From Balneola sp. (GTDB lineage Bacteria; Bacteroidota; Rhodothermia; Balneolales; Balneolaceae), in NCBI GenBank assembly GCA_965284405.1, contig OZ260081.1, forward strand, positions 2,209,732 to 2,273,731: a stretch of DNA of 64,000 nt, written 5' to 3'. Made by a program: the position numbers and the translations under genes. Positions 31,238 through 42,020 of the stretch are shown one piece after another (positions within the stretch are counted from its first letter, which is position 1; every line of letters begins with the position of its first letter). The notes beneath the pieces were generated by a model that saw nothing but the letters and a program-made list of their open reading frames with translations, had not been told where the DNA came from and ran no database searches.

Positions 31238-32085
31238 TGGATACAAAAGCCTCTTTAATAGTCCGGTCATTTAACAGACTTCCTGCATTACTAGAGTTGC
31301 TTGACGTTTTAAGAACTCAGAAATACAAGAACTTTGAAATTATAATTGTTGAACAATCAACCAATTATGAGGGTAAAGATTGGGAGAAACTCAATGAGAT
31401 CGAAGCTGAAGATCATAGAATAAAGCTCCTAAAATATACACCACTCGGAGGGCCTAAAGCTCGAAATGAAGGGGTAAAAAATGCTACGGGTGAAATTTTA
31501 ATTTTTATTGATGATGACGATCTTCCTTTTTCAGATCAATGGGTTGCAGAGCATGTAGAAGCTTACAAAGACCCTATGCTAATAGGTTTTACCGGTAGAC
31601 ATGTACTAAACGATAAAACCGGAGATCCATATAAGGATTGGGTAAAACCCTTTTTTAAGAAAAAGTGTATGAGATATAGCTATTTAAAATTCCCATATAC
31701 ATATGCACAACTTAAAGTAAATATAAAGGGTGTTGAATGGTTACATGGTACTAATTCATCAGTGCGTAGAAAATGGGCAATCAAAGCCGGGCTTTGGGAC
31801 GAAGATATAAGACACCAGGATGAGCACTCTTTCGCTTTTAAACTAAATCGTATCTTAGATGAAAATCATCATATTGATTTCAGACAAAAACCCGAGTTAA
31901 TCAGGAGGACCGATATAAGCGGTGGAATGAATAAAAGAAACTTTAATATGATCGATGAATTTAAGAATCAACTTAATTTCTGCTTTAAAGTAATTTATAG
32001 ATATCATAAGCATCTGATAATCCTATTCCCATTTCATATTGCATCGGTGGTCATAAAGACGGTTAAGTTTAAAATAATGAATTAG
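31237..32085 (+). CDS. Glycosyltransferase family 2
   Basis: LIVRSFNR...EIIIVEQ, ARNEGVKNATGEILIFIDDDD (DxD). Confidence 0.9.
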   Translation: MDTKASLIVRSFNRLPALLELLDVLRTQKYKNFEIIIVEQSTNYEGKDWEKLNEIEAEDHRIKLLKYTPLGGPKARNEGVKNATGEILIFIDDDDLPFSDQWVAEHVEAYKDPMLIGFTGRHVLNDKTGDPYKDWVKPFFKKKCMRYSYLKFPYTYAQLKVNIKGVEWLHGTNSSVRRKWAIKAGLWDEDIRHQDEHSFAFKLNRILDENHHIDFRQKPELIRRTDISGGMNKRNFNMIDEFKNQLNFCFKVIYRYHKHLIILFPFHIASVVIKTVKFKIMN

Positions 32086-32138
32086 AAATGCTGATAATTT
32101 ATAGTAATTCTTACATAGGTTAATCAGAATACTATTCC

Positions 32139-33275
32139 ATGAAAATAGCATTTGTCTCTGATCAAATATATCCAAGAACATCCGCTGATGCAGAGCAGAT
32201 TGTGTCTTCCTTATCTGCACTAGGTAAGACTTCTGAAGTTACACTTATTAGTTTTTGTTACAGTTATTCAAAGAAAGCCGATAAAACTGATATAGAAAGT
32301 TACTTTGGGAAAGAATGTACTTTCGAGTTAAGGTTTGTATCAACTTTATTTAGAAATATCAGAAGTTTTGAAAAAGTGTATTTCGCGCTAAAATCAGTCT
32401 TTCTCTTTGGGACAAAAGATTTCGACGTATTCTATACTAGAAATATCCCTGTTTTAATTGCATTTATGCTATTTACAAAGAAGCGTTTGGTTTTCGAATC
32501 TTACAGACCATGGCCTGATAGAAATTTCCAATCCAGATTATTATTCAAGAAGCTTTCTAAAAACCAGAGATTACTTGGTATCATAACACATTCAGATTTT
32601 GCAAAGCAGAGTTTTCTTGATGCAGGATTTGGTAATGAAGATCTATTAGTTGCTCACAATGCATTTGATATTGATGAGTACAACCCTGATACAGAAGAGG
32701 AAATAAGAAAGGAGCTACAGATACCTCTGAATAAGTTATTAGTTACTTATTCAGGACGAATTTCAGCAAAAAAAGGATTAGACAGGTTTATAAGATTAGC
32801 GGAAAGGAATCCTGAGGTACAGTTTCTATTGGTAGGATCAGAGAAGAGAGGTTCTATTGAGAAGGCTGCAGAAGAGTTGGAAAATGTAATGGTATTAGGT
32901 TGGTTAAAGAAGGACTATGTATTTTCTTTGTTGAAGGCATCGGATATTCTGTATATACCACCAACTTTAATTGCAAGAGATAAAGTAGGGAATACGGTAC
33001 TCCCGCTTAAGACATTTATTTATAAAGCTTCAGGAACTTCAATTTTTGCTCCTAACTCAGAAGATGTATCTGAAGTATTATCTCATAAGAAAACAGCTTA
33101 TTTAGTTAAGCCGGATGATTGGGAAGAAGAAGAAAAAGGATTCAGAGAATTAATTAGCGACAAGCAATTACGAATTTTGCTTGGGAAAAACGCTAAGGAA
33201 GAAATGCTAAAGAATACCTGGGAAAACAGAGCTAATGAGATTCTGAACTTTATAAAAAGATCTATCTCAGCTTAG
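32139..33275 (+). CDS. Glycosyltransferase family 4
   Basis: GT-B fold, VTYSGRISAKKG and PLKTFIYKASG variant of the ExxxxxxxE motif. Confidence 0.85.
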   Translation: MKIAFVSDQIYPRTSADAEQIVSSLSALGKTSEVTLISFCYSYSKKADKTDIESYFGKECTFELRFVSTLFRNIRSFEKVYFALKSVFLFGTKDFDVFYTRNIPVLIAFMLFTKKRLVFESYRPWPDRNFQSRLLFKKLSKNQRLLGIITHSDFAKQSFLDAGFGNEDLLVAHNAFDIDEYNPDTEEEIRKELQIPLNKLLVTYSGRISAKKGLDRFIRLAERNPEVQFLLVGSEKRGSIEKAAEELENVMVLGWLKKDYVFSLLKASDILYIPPTLIARDKVGNTVLPLKTFIYKASGTSIFAPNSEDVSEVLSHKKTAYLVKPDDWEEEEKGFRELISDKQLRILLGKNAKEEMLKNTWENRANEILNFIKRSISA

Positions 33276-34743
33276 TTCTTAACCGGTTTATCTTTTCGAG
33301 TCCTAAGATCCCACCAACAATTAAGATTATACCAATCGTTTGAACAAACGGATTTTTTATAAACTCGAAGCTGTCATAATTGTTCAGATAGCTGAATAGT
33401 AAAAAAGAAGTAGCTGCAAAGCCGGCTAAATGGGCTCTGAATACTTCTTTAAAATACATTTTAGCTTTAGCTACAAATCTAGCTTCTGCCATTTCAAAGC
33501 AAATGAGTATAAACATTGCCATTGCTGAAGCTGAAGCGGCTCCGATTATTCCAAATTCCGGTATCAAAAGTAAGTTCAATACAATGTTAGAAGAAGCTAC
33601 GATTACGCTGTTCATCAGGTTGAGCTTTGAATGTCCTGTCATAGCAACAATATTTCCTGCCAAGCTAAATGAACAATATAAGTAGGGAATAGGCAGTAGA
33701 TAGAACATAAAAGATGAATCTCCTCCATATTCGGGATGTATAAGGATCAATAAATGATCTTTAAAAACAGTGATTAAAAGAATTATTGGGAATGCAATAG
33801 TTGTGATCCAGGATGCGGTTTTTGAAAAATGATGGGAAAGCTCTTCAAATTTATTTTCTTTGTGTAGCCTAACTATAAATGGGTTAAAGGCTGTTGAAAA
33901 GATCATTTTAACCGAGCGGATCTCTCTGATAAGCATTGAACCCGCTCCATAAAATCCAACAACTGCCGGACCAAATCCAAATGCAGGCAGCATTAAAATA
34001 TCAATTCCGGTAATAAATCGGTTTAACGTCATATTTAAGCTCTGAGGAATTGCAAATTCTACGAGCTCGGAATTGATTTTAAAATTTCTGAATGTTAAAA
34101 GAAGCTTCTTCCAACTAAATAGTTTGCTATAAATAACCAGAGAGATCAAAAACAGTAAAGCCTGACAAGAGAAATAAGCCAATGCCATTCCTGTAACCGT
34201 TGGTGATACGAACCAGAAGAGAATTGAAAATATTAGTAATGCAATAGGACGTATCCATCCATTATTGATAGCATCGTATTTCATAATCTTTAATCCTTGA
34301 GTTGATGCTAAAACAATACGTTCAAATGCCATCAAAGGAATTGACAAGATCATAATTTGGAATATGGTGATCAAAGAGGAAGAGAATTCATCTTGATATA
34401 TCATTTCCAAAAGTTGGACACCAAATAGAATTGAAAATGTGAATACAAGTAGAGAAAGCCCTACGCTCCATAAGAATGCATTTGAAAGCGCAGTATATAA
34501 TTCTTGTTGATCATTTTTGCTATCCGAAAATCGGGAAACAAAAATCAATGCTCCATCTTTAAATCCGGAAGTCAAAAATGCGATGATTATTTCAATGGCT
34601 ATATTTGCAGTTATATAGATTCCGAAAACCTCAGGACCATAAAGCCGATTAACAATTATAAGGAAAGCAGGAGCAGCCATTTTTCCCACCACTCCGAAAA
34701 AGTTAACAAAAGCCCCTTTTTTAAGTTCTTTAGATACGCTCAT
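33262..34743 (-). CDS. Wzx/MOP-family oligosaccharide flippase
   Basis: About 12-14 TM helices, YGPEVFGIY, NIVLNLLLIPEFGIIGAA C-terminal motif. Confidence 0.88.
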   Translation of the reverse strand: MSVSKELKKGAFVNFFGVVGKMAAPAFLIIVNRLYGPEVFGIYITANIAIEIIIAFLTSGFKDGALIFVSRFSDSKNDQQELYTALSNAFLWSVGLSLLVFTFSILFGVQLLEMIYQDEFSSSLITIFQIMILSIPLMAFERIVLASTQGLKIMKYDAINNGWIRPIALLIFSILFWFVSPTVTGMALAYFSCQALLFLISLVIYSKLFSWKKLLLTFRNFKINSELVEFAIPQSLNMTLNRFITGIDILMLPAFGFGPAVVGFYGAGSMLIREIRSVKMIFSTAFNPFIVRLHKENKFEELSHHFSKTASWITTIAFPIILLITVFKDHLLILIHPEYGGDSSFMFYLLPIPYLYCSFSLAGNIVAMTGHSKLNLMNSVIVASSNIVLNLLLIPEFGIIGAASASAMAMFILICFEMAEARFVAKAKMYFKEVFRAHLAGFAATSFLLFSYLNNYDSFEFIKNPFVQTIGIILIVGGILGLEKINRLRTKLR

Positions 34744-35872
34744 GCTCTCTTATGGCTTCTTCGTATAATTCTTCTAGCTTCTTTACCTGATTAAAAAGGT
34801 CGTATTCTTTTTCCATTTTCAAACGTGAAGCTTTACCAAATTTCTTAATCAACTCCGGTTGTTGAATGAATAATTTCATTTTCTGAACAAGCTCAGGGAT
34901 ATTCCTTTCAGGAATTAAAAAACCTGTTTTCCCATTATCTATGATCTCATGAATTCCCCCGTGCCAGGTTCCAATGGCGGGTACACCTACGCTACCTGCT
35001 TCCTTAATTACTATTAATCCGCTTTCTCTGTCTTGATCAAAAGCTACGACGCTTGGTGCAACCAGTACATCCGAAGATTTTAAAACCTCTGAAACTTCTT
35101 CAGGTGTTAGAATTCCTTTAAATGTCACATGTGTTGAGAGATCGTTTTCCTCAACAAATTTCAGAGCTTTGGTTTTTAAATCTCCTGACCCAATAAAAGT
35201 TAAAGAAGCATTCATCCCATCTTTAATAATTTTATTAAAGGCTCTTAAAACATATAAATGAGCTTTTTTAGGGGTGAACCTGCCTATCATTACAAAATTG
35301 ACCTGTTCCGCAGGGTTAGGTTCCTGATAGCCAAATTTTGAGAGATCGATCCCAAGATGATAAACTTTCACTTTAGCCGGATCTGCCCCTAGCTCAATTA
35401 ACAATGCTCGTAATTCTTCGCTTGCTGCTAAAAGTAAAGTTGCATGGTCAAAAATCTGTTTGTGTTTTAAGTAATAACGCCATCTTTCAGATTTGTACTT
35501 CTGTAAACCCATTAATGAAGCAACATCAACTCCATGAAAAGTGACTACGAAGGGTATCTTGAATTTCTTTACATAGGGCAAAGCATAAACGGCTCCGAAT
35601 CCAAAATGAGCATGAACCAGATCAAAGTTACCATTACCTATAATTTTTTTAAATGAAGGCCAATAAGCTATGTTTTGGTATATGATCTCAAATAATTTTC
35701 CTTTGGGTTTATGAAACTGATCGTATGGAAATCGGTCTTCATTCTGCCGGTCTTTGCAAAATACAGTTATATCATAATTTTCTGAATGGGCTCTTATTTC
35801 ATCGTAAAGAAAAGTTTGAGAATAAGGCAGAAACGACGTAGAAAATAAAGCGATCTTCCTCGTTGGAGGCAT
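34730..35872 (-). CDS. Glycosyltransferase family 4 (WcaL-like)
   Basis: HAHFG, TFHGVD, GRFTPKK, ESGLIVIKEAG motifs. Confidence 0.9.
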   Translation of the reverse strand: MPPTRKIALFSTSFLPYSQTFLYDEIRAHSENYDITVFCKDRQNEDRFPYDQFHKPKGKLFEIIYQNIAYWPSFKKIIGNGNFDLVHAHFGFGAVYALPYVKKFKIPFVVTFHGVDVASLMGLQKYKSERWRYYLKHKQIFDHATLLLAASEELRALLIELGADPAKVKVYHLGIDLSKFGYQEPNPAEQVNFVMIGRFTPKKAHLYVLRAFNKIIKDGMNASLTFIGSGDLKTKALKFVEENDLSTHVTFKGILTPEEVSEVLKSSDVLVAPSVVAFDQDRESGLIVIKEAGSVGVPAIGTWHGGIHEIIDNGKTGFLIPERNIPELVQKMKLFIQQPELIKKFGKASRLKMEKEYDLFNQVKKLEELYEEAIREHERI

Positions 35873-36006
35873 GCTTGGATATATAATTCGAAATTGCTAG
35901 AAGATAATAAATTGATACTCTAAAACGATTTATATTTTAACCGTTAAATGATGTATATTTTCGACCGATTAAGCCAAATTAAATTAATTTTTTTGAACGT
36001 CTTTTA

Positions 36007-37176
36007 ATGAAAATTCTCATTTACGCTACTACTTTTGGGGCAGATCTGTTAAGCCTTACACGATACCTTTCCGAAAAGGAGAATGTCGAAATTAAGGTTT
36101 TAATGAAGGAAGTTGAGAAATTTAAAAGTGAAGGTATATATAAGTTATGGGATCTGGATCTAGATATATTTGAGTTTAATAAGATCAATATTATAAAAGG
36201 GATCAGTGGTTTCGATCCCGATGTGACTATTCTGGATAATAATATTCCGCTTAGAGCAGTAAGTCCAAAGGCATTGATTCTGTGGCATGGATACGGATGG
36301 AAAGGGCCGAATGATGAAGAAGAGTTCAAATGGATTCATAGAAACATCCGACTTAGCTGGGGAGATATGAAAATCCCTAACAACAATATTAAGTGGCTTT
36401 GTTTTGGTCCGGTTGATTTTGAACACAGAACTAAGATAAGTGGTTTCCATCCTGAAAACTGTGTAACTCTGGGGTCAGCAAGCCATGACTACCTCAGAGA
36501 AGAAGTGTCTAAAGAGAAGTTACAGCCATACTATCCATTCGATGTTATAAACAGAAAAACGGTGTTGATTGCACCTACATGGCATTATGGAGAAGTATTT
36601 TCACATTGGGGAGATGACGATACTCTTTTTAACAGAGCTTTAAAGGAATTACTAGAAAAAAATGTAAATGTAATTCTGAGACTTCATGATTCATATCGTT
36701 TTGACCATCACTATGTAGAATTTCTTCAAAATTTAGAAGTAAAGTATCCTAATGTGTTGTTGAAATTCAAAGATTCAAATCCTGACAATTTCTTAGACCT
36801 ACAGGTTGCAGATGTTATGGTAACTAATTTCAGCAGCATAGCGAATCTTTTTTACGCTACTAAAAGACCAACGGTTCATATTTATCCGGTAAAGAGCGAG
36901 CATGAATCTTTTATGTGGAGAAATAAAACCCTTTTGGGTATTCGTAAAAAAATGATTGACTCTGTTCGTTTTATCTGGAAATATCCGCCGGAAGATAATG
37001 GTGGTTTATTAGCCAGAAATTATGATGAAATGATGGAGCAGATATTCCAAGGGTTAGATGATCCTGATTGCTGCAAAGAGGCTTCTCAGAACTATTTAGA
37101 TAAACATATGCTAGGTGCAGATGGAAAGAACTGTGAGCGAATTTGGAATACCTTAACTGATCTTGTGAGTAACTAA
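36007..37176 (+). CDS. CDP-glycerol:glycerophosphotransferase (TagF/TagB, PF04464-like) family protein
   Basis: LWHGYGWK (TagF WHG), LIAPTWH (YAPTW/FR), RLHD (second catalytic His), ADVMVTNFSSI (SDxLITDYSS). Confidence 0.85.
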   Translation: MKILIYATTFGADLLSLTRYLSEKENVEIKVLMKEVEKFKSEGIYKLWDLDLDIFEFNKINIIKGISGFDPDVTILDNNIPLRAVSPKALILWHGYGWKGPNDEEEFKWIHRNIRLSWGDMKIPNNNIKWLCFGPVDFEHRTKISGFHPENCVTLGSASHDYLREEVSKEKLQPYYPFDVINRKTVLIAPTWHYGEVFSHWGDDDTLFNRALKELLEKNVNVILRLHDSYRFDHHYVEFLQNLEVKYPNVLLKFKDSNPDNFLDLQVADVMVTNFSSIANLFYATKRPTVHIYPVKSEHESFMWRNKTLLGIRKKMIDSVRFIWKYPPEDNGGLLARNYDEMMEQIFQGLDDPDCCKEASQNYLDKHMLGADGKNCERIWNTLTDLVSN

Positions 37177-37180
37177 AGTA

Positions 37181-38650
37181 CTACTCCGTATCTGACGGTA
37201 ACTTTTTGATCTTTCCTCTTAGTAATGCAATGGTTTCTTTTTCTTTTGTGTATACAATGAACAAACCCAATGCCAGCACAATTGGTACACCCAAAATTGG
37301 GACAAAAATCGACTCGCCTTCAAAAAGAAATTTAAGACCGTATTGAATACCTAATCCCGTTTGCAACAGAACAGGTAATAGCCAGAAACCTGAGAACGCT
37401 CTTCTAATAAAAGTGAAGAGTGAAAGCTCAATTTTCTTACTACCAAAATAAAATAATAAAAGAACAACGACAGGATATCCAATCACCCACGACCAGCCAA
37501 CGCCTAATAATCCGAATTGAGCACCAACTAAGAATGCGAGCGGCATTATAATAGCATTAGACAGAGAGTAGTAGAAGTTTAATTTAGCTTCTCCCACAGC
37601 ATTCAACAATTGTGGAACCAGGGGCGAAACAGTTCTGAGAACAGCAGAGGCTGCTAATAATTGAACCAGAGGTACTGCGTCAAGCCATTCATTATAGCCG
37701 GTGAACAGCAAAATATCATCTACAAAAAGAGCTATTATTATTAGGATAATGCTGTTTAATTGTAAACTTCCTCTGGCTAAAGTAAAGAAGTAAAGCTGTA
37801 AACGTTTAAGGTCATCCTGCAATCTTGAAAAAGCCGGGTATGCAACTTCATTAAGATTTGAAGTAAGAGTTTTTACGGTATCAGTGACAATTCTGTAAGC
37901 TAAAGTGTAAATACCAACTGCTTGTGTACCAAAGATCTTTCCTACAATTAAGTAATCAGCATTTGAATATAAATTATACAAAAGCCTTGAACCTGTAGCA
38001 TATAAACCAAAATAGACTCGATCTTTAACTTCTTCCCAGTTAAACTGGAATCTTGGCCAAAAGGGTTTGTAGGCATGGCTTAGAATAAGTTGACCAAGTC
38101 TGTTTCCAACTTCACCTCCAATAATGGCCCAGGCTCCGTATCCCATGTATCCCAGAGTAACCATGATCACAGTTGAAGCAAGCAGTGCAACATTGTCTAT
38201 TATTGCAAGCTCTTTAAAAAACAGTTCTCGTTTTAATAAATTTCTTGGTACAAAATAGAAAGTAAAAAATACTACAATGATACCGTGTACTCTGACTAAT
38301 GGCGTAATAAGAGGTTCTTCATAAAACTGAGCAGCAAACGGAGCTAAGAGAAAAATGACTCCATAGAGCACTCCTGTCAGCATTAATGATAACCAGAATA
38401 AACTGTCTATTTCACGTTTCTTAAGACTATTAGCCTGAACTATAGCCACGCCAAGCCCCATCTCAGTTACAGCTAATACCACAGCGAAAATGGCAAGTAC
38501 AATACTGGCAATACCAAAAGCTTCAGGGGAAATAAGTTTAAGAACTACAAAAAGCCCTATCACATTTATGATTTTGCTAAATGTGTTGCCTGCTCCCGAG
38601 TATAAAAAAGATTTTATAACCTGGGTTGAAAATGAATTAGCAGAACTCAT
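37181..38650 (-). CDS. WzxC-like polysaccharide flippase
   Basis: KLISPEAFGI, GLGVAIVQ, NADYLIVGKIFG..AVGIYTLAY motifs; multi-TM. Confidence 0.88.
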   Translation of the reverse strand: MSSANSFSTQVIKSFLYSGAGNTFSKIINVIGLFVVLKLISPEAFGIASIVLAIFAVVLAVTEMGLGVAIVQANSLKKREIDSLFWLSLMLTGVLYGVIFLLAPFAAQFYEEPLITPLVRVHGIIVVFFTFYFVPRNLLKRELFFKELAIIDNVALLASTVIMVTLGYMGYGAWAIIGGEVGNRLGQLILSHAYKPFWPRFQFNWEEVKDRVYFGLYATGSRLLYNLYSNADYLIVGKIFGTQAVGIYTLAYRIVTDTVKTLTSNLNEVAYPAFSRLQDDLKRLQLYFFTLARGSLQLNSIILIIIALFVDDILLFTGYNEWLDAVPLVQLLAASAVLRTVSPLVPQLLNAVGEAKLNFYYSLSNAIIMPLAFLVGAQFGLLGVGWSWVIGYPVVVLLLFYFGSKKIELSLFTFIRRAFSGFWLLPVLLQTGLGIQYGLKFLFEGESIFVPILGVPIVLALGLFIVYTKEKETIALLRGKIKKLPSDTE

Positions 38651-38692
38651 AAAATAACTTCTTGTTATAAAGTTTAATAAGCATTCAGTGTA

Positions 38693-40501
38693 TTACTTTT
38701 TGAATAACAGATTTAATACTTCAGTTTGAGATTGTTTTTTTACCAGAAGCCTGTAAGCCACTTCTGCGCTTAAAAAACTCATCAAAGTCCAACCTTGATA
38801 TCCCCCCATTTCATTCAAATGCCAAGATAGCTTTAATCCCATTGAATTAATATGTCCATCATTTACTAATTCACTATTTAGAATAGCGTTATGGTGAATG
38901 GTGTTCAGGTCTTCATTTTTCCGAATCCATGAGTGTTCTGATTCCGGTGCATGATCTTTCTTAAAACCGGATTTTAAAGATTTAAACAGCGATTTCAGAT
39001 TTTTAAGTATAGGCGATTCTATAATTTCTGCCCTAATCTTCATTTCTGAAAATGGGATTCCTTCAACCCCCGGAAAACTCGCTATTTCCGGAAAGTATTT
39101 TTGCAAGGAATGTAAACGAGCTTTTTTATCTCCGGCTACAGAATGGGGAGCTTTAGCGGCATATTGGTAAACAGACAAACTTGCCGCCGGTGAAAATGAG
39201 TACACCTCGTCTTCCAACATGGCATCAATATTTCCGGTGTAATGCAGGCCTCTGTTATGTATATCAAGCATTAACATTTTAAACCATCCTTCACCATTAA
39301 AAGCAGAAACCTGTTCTTTGATCAGTGCTTCGGTAGCTATTTCATGTTTCTTTGAATCTGGAATGAGCAATTTCCTTATGGTGGGGCTGGAATAGGTTCT
39401 GTTCCAGACAGCTTTATATGGATTATCAGATTTGAGCTTGTCAGTTTTAACCGACATCCCCATAAGTAAATCCATGAGATATCCATTAAAACTAATTCTG
39501 CTTTCATCTGAATTGGTATTTTTCAGATTCAGCAAGTAGTATTGATGTATATTGGAAAGCCCGCCGGTTCTGGAAGTCCACCTGCTCAATAAGTTTTTTG
39601 TATCAAGCTGGTTTAATGATTTAAAATTTAATGGAAGATCTAAAGATTCAGCTATTTTCGTAACAGGATCAAAATCTTTTTTTTGAATCAAAATATGCTG
39701 CAGTTGATCTATTTCAGCCTCTTGCTCTAATAGTTCAGCAAGAAGGTGTCTTGAATCAAGGCCTCCGGTAAGTGGAAGCTGAACTTTAAAGTCCTTCAAA
39801 AGCGGGTGATTCAGAACTCCTTTGATAACTTCAGCATTTAGATCTTTTATGTATTCTGAGCACTTATCTAGCGTAAGACTTGAATCCACTTGTTGATCAA
39901 ATGAAAAGATCCTTTCCTTTTTAAGAGGCTGATCCATTTTTATTGTGTATGAAAAACCAGGTAATACTCGCTGAATCTGTTCGATCAATGTTCTGTCGTA
40001 TCCCGTATGTAAAAGTCTTATTTGTTCATAAAGAGCTTGAGCATTAAGAGACATTTCGAGATCAAGTTCCGTAAAGTAAGTAGGAGTGGGGGCAACAGAA
40101 ATCGTATTATTTTGCTGATAAAGATACCAGGGTCTGCTGCAAAGCAGATCACTTAAAAAATGAATAGTTGTACCGTTTTCATTGATCAAGAGTACATTAA
40201 AAAAACCATTCTTGTTCTGAAGAGCTTTAATACCCTTGTCAAGAAACAGGTCTAAGGCACGTTCTGCATCACTTAACTTGTGGTCAAAACTATCAAGATA
40301 TATTCCATCGAAAAATAAAGTCCAGCCATTTTTTGATGCATATGAACTTAATCTGCCTTCGATATGGATGTTATAAGATCCAAAAGTATACCCTTTTTTT
40401 TTGCCGACTAAACTTTGGGAGAGGTAGATGCCCGGAGCAGTAAATATATCGTCAGAAGACTGATCGTTCTCCTTACTTTTTGCTTCGAAGCTATTCTGCA
40501 T
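38693..40501 (-). CDS. Asparagine synthase-like (AsnB/WbpS-type) ATP pyrophosphatase/amidotransferase
   Basis: Degenerate Ntn domain (GFFNV..., SDLLCSRPWY) without an N-terminal catalytic Cys. PP-loop LPLTGGLDSR. Confidence 0.75.
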   Translation of the reverse strand: MQNSFEAKSKENDQSSDDIFTAPGIYLSQSLVGKKKGYTFGSYNIHIEGRLSSYASKNGWTLFFDGIYLDSFDHKLSDAERALDLFLDKGIKALQNKNGFFNVLLINENGTTIHFLSDLLCSRPWYLYQQNNTISVAPTPTYFTELDLEMSLNAQALYEQIRLLHTGYDRTLIEQIQRVLPGFSYTIKMDQPLKKERIFSFDQQVDSSLTLDKCSEYIKDLNAEVIKGVLNHPLLKDFKVQLPLTGGLDSRHLLAELLEQEAEIDQLQHILIQKKDFDPVTKIAESLDLPLNFKSLNQLDTKNLLSRWTSRTGGLSNIHQYYLLNLKNTNSDESRISFNGYLMDLLMGMSVKTDKLKSDNPYKAVWNRTYSSPTIRKLLIPDSKKHEIATEALIKEQVSAFNGEGWFKMLMLDIHNRGLHYTGNIDAMLEDEVYSFSPAASLSVYQYAAKAPHSVAGDKKARLHSLQKYFPEIASFPGVEGIPFSEMKIRAEIIESPILKNLKSLFKSLKSGFKKDHAPESEHSWIRKNEDLNTIHHNAILNSELVNDGHINSMGLKLSWHLNEMGGYQGWTLMSFLSAEVAYRLLVKKQSQTEVLNLLFKK

Positions 40502-40697
40502 TTATATAAAAATTTTATCGTTCAATGAATGTGGAAATATAGGGAATTATCAGTCAAGAGAATCTTTAATATTGATACAGATCCTGCAACAGGAGAGACA
40601 GCTAAGATTATTTTATTTATAAACAGGAAACTTTTAACATCACTTTGTTTAATTGCGTATCTTTCTGAGATTAGATTTTTAAACAAAAAAAGAAATA

Positions 40698-42020
40698 ATG
40701 ACGAAGCCTGATATAGCTCCACACAAAGGAAAACTTTTAGTACTTACACCGGGAATGGGAGCAGTTGCAACTACCTTTATGGCAGGAGTTGCTTCAGCAA
40801 GAAAGAATTTAAGTAAACCATTTGGTTCTCTAACTCAATTACAAACAATCAGGCTTGGTTCACGTTCTGAGAATAGAAACCCGTTAATAAAAGATTTTTT
40901 GGATCTCGCCGGATTAGATGATATTGTTTTTGGCGGGTGGGATGTAAAAGCAGACAATGCTTTTGAAGCAGCTAAAAACGCTGATGTTTTAAAGCCTCAG
41001 GATCTGGATCCGTTAAAGGATGAACTTGAAAAAGTTACTCCAATGAAAGCGGCGTTTAACCAACGTTATGTTAAGAAACTTGACGGACCGAATGTTAAAG
41101 AGCAGACCAATAAAATGGAACTTGCCGAAGCATTAAGAGAGGATATCAGGAATAAACTTAAAGAAACCGGAGCAGACAGAGCAGTAATGGTTTGGTGTGG
41201 TTCAACTGAAGTTCATTTGCATCATTCAGATTGTCATAGATCAATTGAAGCTTTCGAAGAGGGTTTAAGAAATAACGATGATTCAATAGCACCATCTCAG
41301 TTGTATGCTTATGCAGCGATCAAGGAAGGAGTGCCATACGCAAACGGAGCTCCAAATTTATCAGCCGACTTTCCTGCACTTGAGCAATTAGCAGAGCAGG
41401 AAGGTGTACCTATTGCAGGGAAAGATTTTAAAACAGGCCAAACGTTGATGAAAACCATTCTGGCACCGGGTTTTAAAACTCGTATGCTGGGAATCAGAGG
41501 TTGGTTCTCTACAAATATACTTGGTAACAGAGATGGTGAGGTTTTGGATGATCCAGAAAGCTTCAAGTCTAAAGAAGTAAGTAAAACAGGAGTACTGGAC
41601 TCTATTCTTCAGCCTGAAATATATAAAGATCTATATGGTGATCTTTATCACAAAGTAAGAATCAACTATTACCCTCCAAGAGGAGATGAAAAAGAAGGAT
41701 GGGACAATATTGATATCTTTGGCTGGATGGGATATAACATGCAGATCAAAGTAGATTTTCTATGTAGAGATTCAATTCTAGCAGCACCTATCGTTTTGGA
41801 TCTGGCTTTATTCTTAGATTTCGCCAAAAGAGCAGGCAAAGGTGGAATTCAGGAGTGGTTGTCTTTCTACTTCAAGAGCCCTCAGGTTAAAGCAGGTCAT
41901 ATTCCAGAGCACGATATATTTATTCAGCACTTCAGGTTAAAGAATACACTTCGTGTTCTAGCGGGAGAAAAACCCGTTACACACCTCTCCGAAAATTTTG
42001 AAGAAGAGGCGCTAAGCTAA
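40698..42020 (+). CDS. ino1: myo-inositol-1(3)-phosphate synthase
   Basis: GMGAVATT, FGGWD, DFKTGQT, NILGNRDG, SKEVSK, DSILAAP motifs. Confidence 0.96.
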   Translation: MTKPDIAPHKGKLLVLTPGMGAVATTFMAGVASARKNLSKPFGSLTQLQTIRLGSRSENRNPLIKDFLDLAGLDDIVFGGWDVKADNAFEAAKNADVLKPQDLDPLKDELEKVTPMKAAFNQRYVKKLDGPNVKEQTNKMELAEALREDIRNKLKETGADRAVMVWCGSTEVHLHHSDCHRSIEAFEEGLRNNDDSIAPSQLYAYAAIKEGVPYANGAPNLSADFPALEQLAEQEGVPIAGKDFKTGQTLMKTILAPGFKTRMLGIRGWFSTNILGNRDGEVLDDPESFKSKEVSKTGVLDSILQPEIYKDLYGDLYHKVRINYYPPRGDEKEGWDNIDIFGWMGYNMQIKVDFLCRDSILAAPIVLDLALFLDFAKRAGKGGIQEWLSFYFKSPQVKAGHIPEHDIFIQHFRLKNTLRVLAGEKPVTHLSENFEEEALS

